Source: an uncultured Rickettsiales bacterium | GTDB lineage: Bacteria; Myxococcota_A; UBA796; UBA9615 | Reading direction: 5' to 3' | Length of the DNA: 64,000 nucleotides | NCBI GenBank assembly: GCA_964512225.1 | Contig: CAZEKB010000024.1 | Span: 678 to 64,677 of the forward strand | Notes under the pieces: model-generated | Databases searched by the model: none | What the model was told of the DNA's origin: nothing | Seen by the model: only the letters and a program-made list of their open reading frames with translations | Made by a program: the position numbers and the translations under genes | Shown here: piece after piece, positions 14,508-22,815 of the stretch | How positions within the stretch are numbered: position 1 is the stretch's first letter | How the letters are laid out: each line of letters starts with the position of its first letter

Positions 14508-16613
14508 GTGCGGCTCCCTTGCCTTCTCGTGCTCGCGGGCATCCTCGCCGCGTCCCCCGTTCGGGCGGAGGACGACGAGTCCGGATCGGAGGAGGCTCCC
14601 GCCGACTCGTCGGCGGACGAGACCGTCGTCACGAGCGCGCGGCCCTGGCGAGGCAACCGTCGCGCGACGATGTCGCTGGACTCGGGGGCGTCGTCGGGGC
14701 GGTATCGGCTGACGCGCCGCGACCTCGACTGGCGCCCCGGCACGTACGGGGACCTCCAGCGCGCGCTGCATCGGCTGCCCGGGATCACCGGGGACACCGG
14801 CAACCTCTCCGCGTTCCGCATCCGGGGCGGCGAGCCCCGCGAAGCCTGGGTCGAGCTCGACGGCATCCGGATCAAGCGCGCGACGCACCTCGCCGGGTTC
14901 ACGTCGCTGTTCGACCCGGACCTCGTCGCGGGGGTGGACGTGTACACGGGGGCGGGCCCGGCCTTCGTCCGCAGCGGCCTGTCCGGGGCCGTGCACATCG
15001 ACTACATCGACGGTCCGCACGACCGCGTCGACGGGCTCCTGGACCTGAACTTCCTCCAGCTGTCGGGGCATGTGGCGGTCGACCTCGACAAGCGCGAGCA
15101 CGGCCGCGCGTCGGTGGTGGCGGGCGCGCGCTACTCGCTGCTCGACCTGTACCTCCTCGCGTGGAAGGCCACCGGCGAGATCGACCCCGAGTTCGACACC
15201 CTGCGCTACGTCGACGGGTTCCTGCGCACCACGATCCGCCCCACGGCGCAGGACCGGGTCCGCGTGTCCGGGCTCTTCTCCACCGACCGCATGCTGCTCG
15301 ACGACGTCAACGAGCAGACCCACGTCGGCGGGGCGTCCGCCGACTGGCGACGGCAGGGCGAGGCGACGACCTTCGACGTCGGCCTGAGCTGGTCCCTGAA
15401 CCGCGCCGCGGAGCCCGACTCGGGAGACTTCGTCTATCCGGACCCGCGGCGGTGGGTGGAGACCGAGCACCGGATCGCGGGGCGCGTGGGGGTGTCCCGA
15501 GCGGTGTCGGACCGGGTGACGCTGCACGCGGGCATCGACGGCGCGGCGGTGTACGTGCGCGGCGACGGGACGTTCCTGGAGACGTCGGCCCTGCCGACCT
15601 GGGCCCCGCTCCCGCTGGCCGACTACGGCCTCGACCGCATCGACATGGCCGCGGGGTGGTGGCGCCCCGACGTGGCGTTCTACCTGCAGGCCGACGCGCG
15701 CCGCGTGGCCGGCCCGTTGCGCGTCGACGGCGGACTCCGGGTGTCGATCCAGGGCCTCGGGTGGATCGACCTGCAGCCGCGGCTCAGCGTCGCGCTCCCG
15801 TTGCCGACGTCCACCGTCCTGTCGGCGTCGGTCGGCGTGGTCACCCAGCAGCGGCTCGAGGCCGAGATCCTCCACCCGCGGTTCGGGAACCCCCAGCTCG
15901 CCCCGGAGCGGGCGGTGGTCGCCGACGTCTCCGTGGCCCAGTCCCTCCCCGGGTCGGGCCTCCTGCGGCTCACGGGCTTCGGAAAGCGCTACGACCGGCT
16001 CGTGGTGTCCGCCGGGGGCGCGGGCGCGGACTGGGAGCCGCTCTACGAGGACGCGCCCACGTATACGAACGACGGGGTCGGCTGGGCGGCGGGGCTCGAG
16101 GCGTCGATCGAGGGTCGCGTCGATCGCTTCGGGGGTTCGGTCTCCTACACGCTGATGCGGACGGAGCGCACGAGCCCGTTCGCGGCCCGGTTCTCCGATC
16201 CGCTCGCGCCGTTCGGCGACCAGCGGCACGGCGTGAACGCGTCGATGGACGTGGTCGTGGGCAAGAAGCGGAACTTCCGGATCTCGCTGATGTACCTGTT
16301 CAAGAGCGGGTGGCCCATCGCGGACGTGGAGTCGATCGCCCACGACGACGACACCTGGACCTGGCGCGTGGTGGAGGTCGGGACCCGTCGATTCGCGTCG
16401 GCGCACCGCGTGAACCTGCGGCTGGAGCACACGATCGCGCGCAAGAAGGTCCTCGTGCGAGGCATCGCCGAGATCAACGCGGAGCCGCTCGGCACGGGCT
16501 TCGTGGAGAACTGCGACTCCGTGCGCGACGAAGACGGCAACGACCCCGCGTGCGCCCCGTTCGGGTTCCTCCCGCCCGTGCGCCCCTGGCTCGGTCTCAA
16601 GATCGAGTTCTAG
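14508..16613 (+). CDS. TonB-dependent receptor-like outer-membrane protein (plug + beta-barrel)
   Basis: GTG start giving signal peptide MRLPCLLVLAGILAASPVRA|EDDE, then a TonB-box-like DETVVTSA. Plug motifs NLSAFRIRGGEPREAWVELDGIRI. About 600 aa of beta-rich sequence ending in the aromatic residue ...GLKIEF. The track ORF start at 14067 lies in an antisense overlap with the preceding gene. Confidence 0.75.
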   Translation: MRLPCLLVLAGILAASPVRAEDDESGSEEAPADSSADETVVTSARPWRGNRRATMSLDSGASSGRYRLTRRDLDWRPGTYGDLQRALHRLPGITGDTGNLSAFRIRGGEPREAWVELDGIRIKRATHLAGFTSLFDPDLVAGVDVYTGAGPAFVRSGLSGAVHIDYIDGPHDRVDGLLDLNFLQLSGHVAVDLDKREHGRASVVAGARYSLLDLYLLAWKATGEIDPEFDTLRYVDGFLRTTIRPTAQDRVRVSGLFSTDRMLLDDVNEQTHVGGASADWRRQGEATTFDVGLSWSLNRAAEPDSGDFVYPDPRRWVETEHRIAGRVGVSRAVSDRVTLHAGIDGAAVYVRGDGTFLETSALPTWAPLPLADYGLDRIDMAAGWWRPDVAFYLQADARRVAGPLRVDGGLRVSIQGLGWIDLQPRLSVALPLPTSTVLSASVGVVTQQRLEAEILHPRFGNPQLAPERAVVADVSVAQSLPGSGLLRLTGFGKRYDRLVVSAGGAGADWEPLYEDAPTYTNDGVGWAAGLEASIEGRVDRFGGSVSYTLMRTERTSPFAARFSDPLAPFGDQRHGVNASMDVVVGKKRNFRISLMYLFKSGWPIADVESIAHDDDTWTWRVVEVGTRRFASAHRVNLRLEHTIARKKVLVRGIAEINAEPLGTGFVENCDSVRDEDGNDPACAPFGFLPPVRPWLGLKIEF

Positions 16614-16668
16614 GGTTCGAGGGGGCGCAGGACGCCGCCCGCCGACCGAGCCGGCCCTACAATCGCCC

Positions 16669-17067
16669 ATGCTCCACGGGTCGCCCTTCCTCCCGGCGTC
16701 GGGGACGACGACCGCCCTCGCGTCCTTCAATCAGCCCCTCTTCGACTCGGAAGACCTCCGCGCCCTGCTCCTCTGGGTCGCGCTGATCGCGGCCGTCCTC
16801 ACGGTCGTCTTCGCCGTGACGCACGCGTTCGTTGCCCGGCCCGCCGGGGCGCGCTCCCCCGGGTGGTCGCTCTCCTCCGGATGTGCGGGCGCGATCGTGG
16901 CGGGGCCGGCCATGGTGATCGGGTTCATCGCGGGCGCGGGCTCCCCCGGAGGAGCCCTCCTCGCGCTGGGATTGGTGTACGCCCTCTTCCTCGGGGGCTG
17001 CTTCCTTGCGCGCCGAAGCAAGCCGGGTTCGGCATCGAAGAGTGGAGGGCGCCGGGGGAGGTCGTGA
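16669..17067 (+). CDS. Small hypothetical membrane protein (2-3 TM)
   Basis: Hydrophobic segments LLLWVALIAAVLTVVFAV and GAIVAGPAMVIGFIAGAG...ALLALGLVYALFLGGCF with a basic C-terminal tail. No family recognised. Confidence 0.4.
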   Translation: MLHGSPFLPASGTTTALASFNQPLFDSEDLRALLLWVALIAAVLTVVFAVTHAFVARPAGARSPGWSLSSGCAGAIVAGPAMVIGFIAGAGSPGGALLALGLVYALFLGGCFLARRSKPGSASKSGGRRGRS

Positions 17068-17164
17068 GTCCTGTGGTGCCGTCGAAACTCTGTTGGAGAT
17101 TCTCGAAGCGATTCGGCCGGCTACGGCGTTGGACAGAGCAGACCAGCCACAAGGAGGAGCCGAA

Positions 17165-18376
17165 ATGGTCCGCTTCAACCTCGTCCGTCCCGTCAGCACC
17201 CCCATCGCAACCCTCGGCCTGGCCATCGTGGTCTTCGCCTGCCTGTCGCCTTCGACCGCCGCCGCCGCGGAGGACTGCGACTCCGCGCGCCTGGACTCCC
17301 TGGCGGGCGACGTCGCCTACAACTCCCTCGTCGAGTTCGACGACGTCGTCGCCGGCGACATCACGAAGTGCCGCATGGACGGCACGACGTCGTCCTTCCG
17401 GCTCCAGAACCACCTGTTCATCAACTGCCAGGGGCCCTGCGAGGTCGAAGTCTGGGTCCAGGACCGGGCGGTGAAGGTCTTCGCCGACGGCTCGCTGCTG
17501 CGGAAGTACGGCAACAGCAGCCGCTGGATCAAGCAGATCCACATGGAGGGCACGAGCGCCGAGGACGACGTCTTCGTGGTCGACGACGCCACCCAGTGCC
17601 TGGACACGTTCACCAGCACCTACGGCGGCGAGGACGTGGTCGTCACCGGCTGCGGGGACGACCGCGTGAACTCGGGCCACGACGACGACTTCGTGAGCAC
17701 CCTCGGCGGGGACGACTCCATCTGGGCGAGCCGCGGCGCCGACGTCGTATTCGCGGGCGGCGGCGACGACTACGTCAACGGCTACTACGGCGACGACCTG
17801 GTGTACGGGGGCTCCGGCAACGACGCCCTGTACCTGGGCGAGGACGACGATCTCGCCTTCGGCGGCGACGGCCACGACGACCTGCACGGGAACAGCGGCG
17901 ACGACATCCTGTACGGCGGGAACGGCGACGACGACCTGTACGGGAACAGCGGCAGCGACGTGCTCGTGGGTGAGGACGACGACGACGACATGGACGGCGA
18001 CACGAGCCGGGACCTGCTGTGGGGCGGCGACGGAAGCGACGAGGCCGACGGCGGCTCGGGCAACGACAAGTGCTCGAGCGAGAACAAGTCCGGGTGCGAC
18101 AGCAACGTGAGCAACGGCGTCAAGGACGACATCCGGGCCCTGCGCACGGCCGGATACGACTTCGCGGACGACATGGCCGACGCCGCAGGGGCCACGGGGA
18201 ACTGGGCCACGGGGGCCGGAGAGTCGGGCTGGAGCTGGAGCGTGGGTGCGTGCAGGAGCACGGTCAACTGGTGGTACGGCGCCATGGCTTCGGCGGGCAA
18301 CGCGACGAACCCCGTGTTCGGGACGATCGGGTCGGGCCTGATCTCGGCGGAGAACTGGATCAGCGGGCTCTTCTAG
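17165..18376 (+). CDS. Secreted calcium-binding protein with hemolysin-type (RTX-like) GGxGxDxUx nonapeptide repeats
   Basis: A strong SD (AAGGAGG) sits 8 nt upstream of the ATG. Signal peptide MVRFNLVRPVSTPIATLGLAIVVFACLSPSTAAAAED. Repeats GGDGHDDLHGNSGDDILYGGNGDDDLYGNSGSDVLVG. The track ORF begins further upstream, at 17006. Confidence 0.75.
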   Translation: MVRFNLVRPVSTPIATLGLAIVVFACLSPSTAAAAEDCDSARLDSLAGDVAYNSLVEFDDVVAGDITKCRMDGTTSSFRLQNHLFINCQGPCEVEVWVQDRAVKVFADGSLLRKYGNSSRWIKQIHMEGTSAEDDVFVVDDATQCLDTFTSTYGGEDVVVTGCGDDRVNSGHDDDFVSTLGGDDSIWASRGADVVFAGGGDDYVNGYYGDDLVYGGSGNDALYLGEDDDLAFGGDGHDDLHGNSGDDILYGGNGDDDLYGNSGSDVLVGEDDDDDMDGDTSRDLLWGGDGSDEADGGSGNDKCSSENKSGCDSNVSNGVKDDIRALRTAGYDFADDMADAAGATGNWATGAGESGWSWSVGACRSTVNWWYGAMASAGNATNPVFGTIGSGLISAENWISGLF

Positions 18377-18399
18377 CCCGCGGGCGAGGACCACTCCCA

Positions 18400-18425
18400 G
18401 GGGGAGGGGCGTGTGCTCCTCCCCC
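18400..18425. terminator. Bidirectional GC-rich hairpin (GGGGGAGGGG-cgtgtg-CTCCTCCCCC) between convergent genes
   Basis: A 10-bp stem with one G-U pair and a 6-nt loop, located in the 69-bp gap between the RTX-like gene stop (18376) and the ECF sigma gene stop (18446). Confidence 0.4.
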
Positions 18426-18445
18426 TCGCCGTTCTTCCCTCCCGG

Positions 18446-18931
18446 TCAGCCGGCGAGCTCTCGTGCCAGCAGAGCCCGACCGAAGCGCCAGTGCCGCTCC
18501 ACCCGGGACTTCGACATCCCCGTGACGTCCACGATCTCCGGCACGCTCATGCCTGCGAGCAGGCGGTGCACCACGACGAGAGCGCACTCCGCGTCGATGG
18601 ACTCCAGCTTCGTGAGCGCGTCGTTCAGGGCCACGATGTCCACCGTTCGAGCGCCCTCCCCCAGCCCCGTGAGCGTCGTCTGGACGGCGCCGCCCCCGCG
18701 CTTCGCGGCGGTGCGAGCTCGGGCCCTGTCGATGATGACCTGTCGCATGGCCCGCGCCGCGACGGCGATGAAGTGCACTCGATCGTTGTACCGACTCCGG
18801 TCGTCGAGCTTCAGCCACGCCTCGTGCAGGAGGTCGGTGGGAAAGAGCGACGCGGGCCTGCCGCGCTCCGAGTGGATGCGCTCCGCGAGTGTGGTCAGCT
18901 GGCGATACGTCCGGTCCGTGATGTCGTCCAC
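18446..18931 (-). CDS. ECF-type RNA polymerase sigma factor, of the Sig-70_X6/TIGR02999-like class usually paired with Ser/Thr kinases
   Basis: Region-2-like LLHEAWLKL...HFIAVAARAMRQVIIDRARARTAAKRGGG and region-4 HTH LVVVHRLLAGMSVPEIVDVTGMSKSRVERHWRFGRALLAREL. The gene sits 13 nt downstream of the kinase gene on the same strand. Confidence 0.8.
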   Translation of the reverse strand: MDDITDRTYRQLTTLAERIHSERGRPASLFPTDLLHEAWLKLDDRSRYNDRVHFIAVAARAMRQVIIDRARARTAAKRGGGAVQTTLTGLGEGARTVDIVALNDALTKLESIDAECALVVVHRLLAGMSVPEIVDVTGMSKSRVERHWRFGRALLARELAG

Positions 18932-18944
18932 GAAGCGAATCTAC

Positions 18945-21692
18945 TCACTCCTCGGGCTCTCGGGCGAGGCGGAAGCCCTGCGCGGCGCCGCGCACCCACG
19001 GGTAGTTGCCTCCTCGGTAGGCGCACCGTGCGTTTCGGGGGACGCTGTTCCACGACCCGCCTCGGAGTCCCCGCCGGCCCTTGGACGTGGGATCGCCGAG
19101 TACGGGAATCGCGACGCGCCGCGACGACAGGTCGGGGCCCTCGGGGGTGTAGCCGTCCAGACACCAGTCGCGCACCCCGCCCGCCACGCCGCGCACCCCG
19201 AACGGACTCTCATCGACCGGATGGCTCGTGACCGACTTCGGTGTCGCCCTGCTCTGGTGGCTGAAACGCCCACAGCTCCACGCCGAGTCGTGCGTATCCC
19301 CCCAGGGGAAGAACCGGCCGTCCACCCCGCGCGCGGCCTTCTCCCTCTCCAGCTCGCCCAAGAGCCGGTAGGGGAGCCCCGTACGAGCGCTCAGCCACTC
19401 GGCGTACGCCACTGCGCCCAGCCAGCCGACCATCATCACCGGATGATCCGCGTACCACTGGTCCCCGTCGCTGTCGATCGTCAGCTCGAACCGGCCGTCG
19501 GCCCCGCGCCCATAGAGCATCGCCCCGGACTCACCCAGGGACGCGGATCGCTCCCTCGGGACGTGCAGGAGGGCCTCTTGTTCGCGGCCCCGCGCGACCA
19601 GATCGTCGAGGAACGCCAGGTACTGCTCGTTGGTCACCGGGAATCGCTGGACGATGAGGTCGTGGCACCACAGTCGCCTCCGAGGCAAGGCCTCCGAGGC
19701 TTCGGAGTCGCCCCCGCACCAGAACCAACCGGCCGGCATCCACTGTTCGTGCGGACCGAGCGTGCCGGGAGTCGGTAGTCGCACCGGTTCCGGCGTGGTC
19801 GAGCCCGGCGGGATCCCGTCCCAGTGCTCTCCTCGGCCGATGCACACCGGGTAGCGGACCGGGCGGCCCCCGTCCGGGAGCCCCGGACGACGCACAGTGC
19901 AGAGGTAGCTGCCCCGATGTAGAGGGACCTCGACGAGGGGGGTTCGGCCGAGCGAGCGCTGGAACACCGGTACCAGCCGACGGTTGTGGAGCTCGTACCG
20001 GTGGAGGTCCACCTCCGCCCCCGGCGGGTCGGTGACGAGGGTGAGGGCGCCGTCCCCGCGCAGGTACGCCGCGTGGTCGGCGCGGTCGGGGTGGTGCTCG
20101 GGCAGCGCCGCGGTGTGCAGCCGCAGGAGCGTCTCGGGCCGAGTGGTCTCTCCTCGGTCCCGCTCGGCGGCGGCGTGCTCCGCGCGATAGCGAGCCGCGA
20201 GAGCGGCGTGCGCCTCCGGCAAGCGGGGCGCGTGGCTGAGCGCGGCGTGAAGCTGCAGCTCCTGCTCCAACTCGACCAGGTCCCCGCTCCGCTCGAGGGA
20301 GCGCGCCTCGTCTTCCTTCGTCCACCCGGCGGCCTTGTCCTCCTCCGGTCTCCAGCGCTCGACGCCCTTCAGGAGCGCGCCGGCCTCCTTCCGGAGCACG
20401 GCCGCCCGAGCCCGAAGCGCGTCGGCCTCCGAGGCCTTCGTCGCAGCCTTGTTCACGACGGCGAGCGCCTGCTCTCGTCTCCGGGATCCGGCGAGCCAAC
20501 TCGCGATGGCCGAGCTCAACGAGGACGCGTCGGGGAACCGATCGTCGGGGTCTCGCTCCATGGCTCGCAGACACGCCGCGAGCAACTCGGCGGGCACCGC
20601 GGGACCCGTCGCCGTGCGGATGTCCTGGGTCGTCTCCGGGGGGAGCCCGGCCGAGACCCGGTCGGCGGGCCGCGCGGGAGGCTCCGGGGGTCCGGCGAGC
20701 ACCTTGCGCAGCACGGCCATGGAGTCCCGAGCGTCGTACGGGGCGCGCCCGCTCAGGACCTCGTACAGGATGGCTCCCAGGGCATAGACATCGCTACGTC
20801 GGTCGATGCGGGCCACCTCCCCGCGGGCCTGCTCGGGGGCCATGTACGCGGGGGTCCCGGCCACGGCGCCGACGCGAGTGGCGTGAAGGCCCATCCGAGA
20901 CCGCTCCGTGACCACAGGATCGAGATCGCCTGCCTCGGCCGCCCAGTCGCGCCGGCCGAGGACCTTCGCGACCCCCCAATCGACGACCAGGACCGTGCCG
21001 TGCGGTCCGACCATCACGTTCGCCGGCTTGAGGTCCCGGTGGATCACGCCCCGCTCGTGGGCGTAGGCCATCGCGTCGCACACCTTGGCGAACGCCTCGA
21101 CGAGCCCGCGGAAGGTCCACTCGCGATCGCCATCCTCGAGGCCGCCCTCGTGTACCTCTTCGATGATCTCCCCGAGCGTTCGCCCGTGCACCACCTGCAT
21201 CGTGAAGTAGGAGCGTCCATCGGGCAGGGTCCCGATCTCATGGACGGGGACGATGCCGGGGTGCTGCAGCTGGGCCGCGCACTGCGCCTCCTGCACGAAT
21301 CGGGCGACGATGGAGGATCGAGTCATCAGCTCCGCTCGACAGAGTTTCATCGCCATGACCCGGTTCAGGTCCGGGTCCCGCACCCTGCGGACTTCGCCCA
21401 TGCCTCCCTGCCCGAGCGGCCCGAGGTCCTCGTATCGGCCGTAGTCGGCCTGTGGCCTGAGGGGTGCGGGCGGCGTGGCGTGGGGAGCTTCCGTGTCGTC
21501 GGGGACCGGGCTCAGGTCGAGCGTGTGCTCGAGACCCGGGGACTCGTCGCCCTCGAGGAGCGACAGGACCGCGACCTCGAGCCTGCGGTCCCCGGAGCAC
21601 AGCTCTCGGAGCCGCTCCTCACGGTCTTCCGGAGGCAGGGACACGACCTCGTCGAAGACAGGGCGGCAGCGCTTGTAAAGGTCCGTCTCCAC
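18945..21692 (-). CDS. Ser/Thr protein kinase with a C-terminal FGE-sulfatase (formylglycine-generating enzyme / SUMF1-like) domain
   Basis: Kinase subdomains LGQGGMGEV, AMK, HRDLKPANVMV, DWGVAK and GTPAYMAPE. The C-terminal ~300 aa read ...WMPAGWFWCGGD...VTNEQYLAFL...GGSWNSVPRNARCAYRGGNYP...GFRLAREP, which is typical of PF03781. GTG start. Confidence 0.85.
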   Translation of the reverse strand: METDLYKRCRPVFDEVVSLPPEDREERLRELCSGDRRLEVAVLSLLEGDESPGLEHTLDLSPVPDDTEAPHATPPAPLRPQADYGRYEDLGPLGQGGMGEVRRVRDPDLNRVMAMKLCRAELMTRSSIVARFVQEAQCAAQLQHPGIVPVHEIGTLPDGRSYFTMQVVHGRTLGEIIEEVHEGGLEDGDREWTFRGLVEAFAKVCDAMAYAHERGVIHRDLKPANVMVGPHGTVLVVDWGVAKVLGRRDWAAEAGDLDPVVTERSRMGLHATRVGAVAGTPAYMAPEQARGEVARIDRRSDVYALGAILYEVLSGRAPYDARDSMAVLRKVLAGPPEPPARPADRVSAGLPPETTQDIRTATGPAVPAELLAACLRAMERDPDDRFPDASSLSSAIASWLAGSRRREQALAVVNKAATKASEADALRARAAVLRKEAGALLKGVERWRPEEDKAAGWTKEDEARSLERSGDLVELEQELQLHAALSHAPRLPEAHAALAARYRAEHAAAERDRGETTRPETLLRLHTAALPEHHPDRADHAAYLRGDGALTLVTDPPGAEVDLHRYELHNRRLVPVFQRSLGRTPLVEVPLHRGSYLCTVRRPGLPDGGRPVRYPVCIGRGEHWDGIPPGSTTPEPVRLPTPGTLGPHEQWMPAGWFWCGGDSEASEALPRRRLWCHDLIVQRFPVTNEQYLAFLDDLVARGREQEALLHVPRERSASLGESGAMLYGRGADGRFELTIDSDGDQWYADHPVMMVGWLGAVAYAEWLSARTGLPYRLLGELEREKAARGVDGRFFPWGDTHDSAWSCGRFSHQSRATPKSVTSHPVDESPFGVRGVAGGVRDWCLDGYTPEGPDLSSRRVAIPVLGDPTSKGRRGLRGGSWNSVPRNARCAYRGGNYPWVRGAAQGFRLAREPEE

Positions 21693-21776
21693 AGCCGAAG
21701 CTCCGAGGTCGCCCCCTGTTCAGCGCGGAAGCTACCACCGGATGGAGGGGGACACCGTGCCGCGACGGTGCGGGCG

Positions 21777-22802
21777 TCAGAGCCGGGGCTCGACGCGCAC
21801 CATCCAGGCGTCGTCGCCTTCGTCGTCGAAGTCGATCGACACCGGCAGAAACCGCTCGACCATGGTGGCGTTCGTGCGCGTGTGCAGCGACGGCTCGACC
21901 GTGCGGAAGCGTCCGCCGCCCGCCAGGGCCATGGGGATGAGGAGCTGATCGGCGAGGTACTCGTCCACGGGCACGTCGGCGGCCATCCAGGCTTTCGCCG
22001 CCTCGATCACTTCGTCGGCGACCTCTTCGGCGGGCTTGCCCTTGCGGCCCACGCCGTCGAACACGACGGTCCCGTGCTTGAAGTCCACCTGGAGGAAGAC
22101 GGCGTTGCCGGGGCCGAACGCGTCCACCTCCTCCACGGACATCCGGCTGCGCACGAGCCCCAGGGCCGCCTTGAACCGCTTCATCTCGCGGTGCCCGATG
22201 CGGGGCGACAGGTTCGCCACGACCGCCCACGCCTTCAGCGTGCGGATCGGCCCGCGTCGCAGCAGATCGACCCGCTGGAGGCCGTCGGCCGGGGGCGTGA
22301 TCGCGGCGCTGAACCGTCCGCCCCCGGCGGGCGCGAAGCCCACGCGGTCCAACGTCACGCCGACCCGCGCGCCCATTCGACGCAGCACCGCCAGGAACGA
22401 CAGCTCCAGGAAGGGGATCGGGGGAGCCCAGGGGTTGTGGGTGCCGCCCTCGAGCTCGACGGTGCTCGGCCCGTCGGCCAGCAGCAGGGCGGGGAGGATG
22501 GTCTGCAGCACGAGCGTCGTGGAGCCCGCGCTGCCGATGGAGAACCGGAAGGTCCCCCCGTGCAGGCCCGACGGCTCGAAACGCAGGCGCCCGGAGCCGA
22601 GCTCGTCGCCTTCGACGTACGCCGCGCCCACGCGCGTGGCGGCCCGCACGCACGTGAGGTGCTGGCGCATGAGCCCCGGCTTCTTCCGCCCGGCCCGGAT
22701 GTTCTCCAGGACGAACGGCGTGCCGGTGACGACGGACAGGCCCAACGCCGTGCGCAGGACCTGTCCGCCGCCTTCTCCTTCGGAGCCGTCGATGGTCAGC
22801 AT
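21777..22802 (-). CDS. rtcA: RNA 3'-terminal phosphate cyclase
   Basis: MLTIDGSEGEGGGQVLRTALGLSVVTGTPFVLENIRAGRKKPGLMRQHL...GSAGSTTLVLQT...EYLADQLLIPMALAGGG is collinear with E. coli RtcA, including the conserved H in ...RQHLT. Confidence 0.92.
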   Translation of the reverse strand: MLTIDGSEGEGGGQVLRTALGLSVVTGTPFVLENIRAGRKKPGLMRQHLTCVRAATRVGAAYVEGDELGSGRLRFEPSGLHGGTFRFSIGSAGSTTLVLQTILPALLLADGPSTVELEGGTHNPWAPPIPFLELSFLAVLRRMGARVGVTLDRVGFAPAGGGRFSAAITPPADGLQRVDLLRRGPIRTLKAWAVVANLSPRIGHREMKRFKAALGLVRSRMSVEEVDAFGPGNAVFLQVDFKHGTVVFDGVGRKGKPAEEVADEVIEAAKAWMAADVPVDEYLADQLLIPMALAGGGRFRTVEPSLHTRTNATMVERFLPVSIDFDDEGDDAWMVRVEPRL

Positions 22803-22815
22803 GTCCGACTCCAGC

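Noticed and set aside
12459-16786. Very long ORFs of 1423 aa (minus strand, 12459-16730) and 1272 aa (plus strand, 12968-16786), and similar ones at 19986-22895, 22036-24591, 25722-28979, 47301-49832 and 47627-51757
   Set aside because: Their translations are Arg/Gly/Pro/Ala-rich with no motifs, and they run antisense or out of frame to well-supported genes (HK, TonB receptor, STK, rtcA, rsr, rtcR, hybrid HK). This is the classic stop-codon-poor alternative-frame artefact of ~70% GC DNA.
21700-21776. GGCACGGTG (sigma-54 -24-like) between the kinase gene and rtcA
   Set aside because: No GC at -12 with correct spacing. The gap is only 84 nt, and rtcA is better explained as the second gene of the rsr operon.
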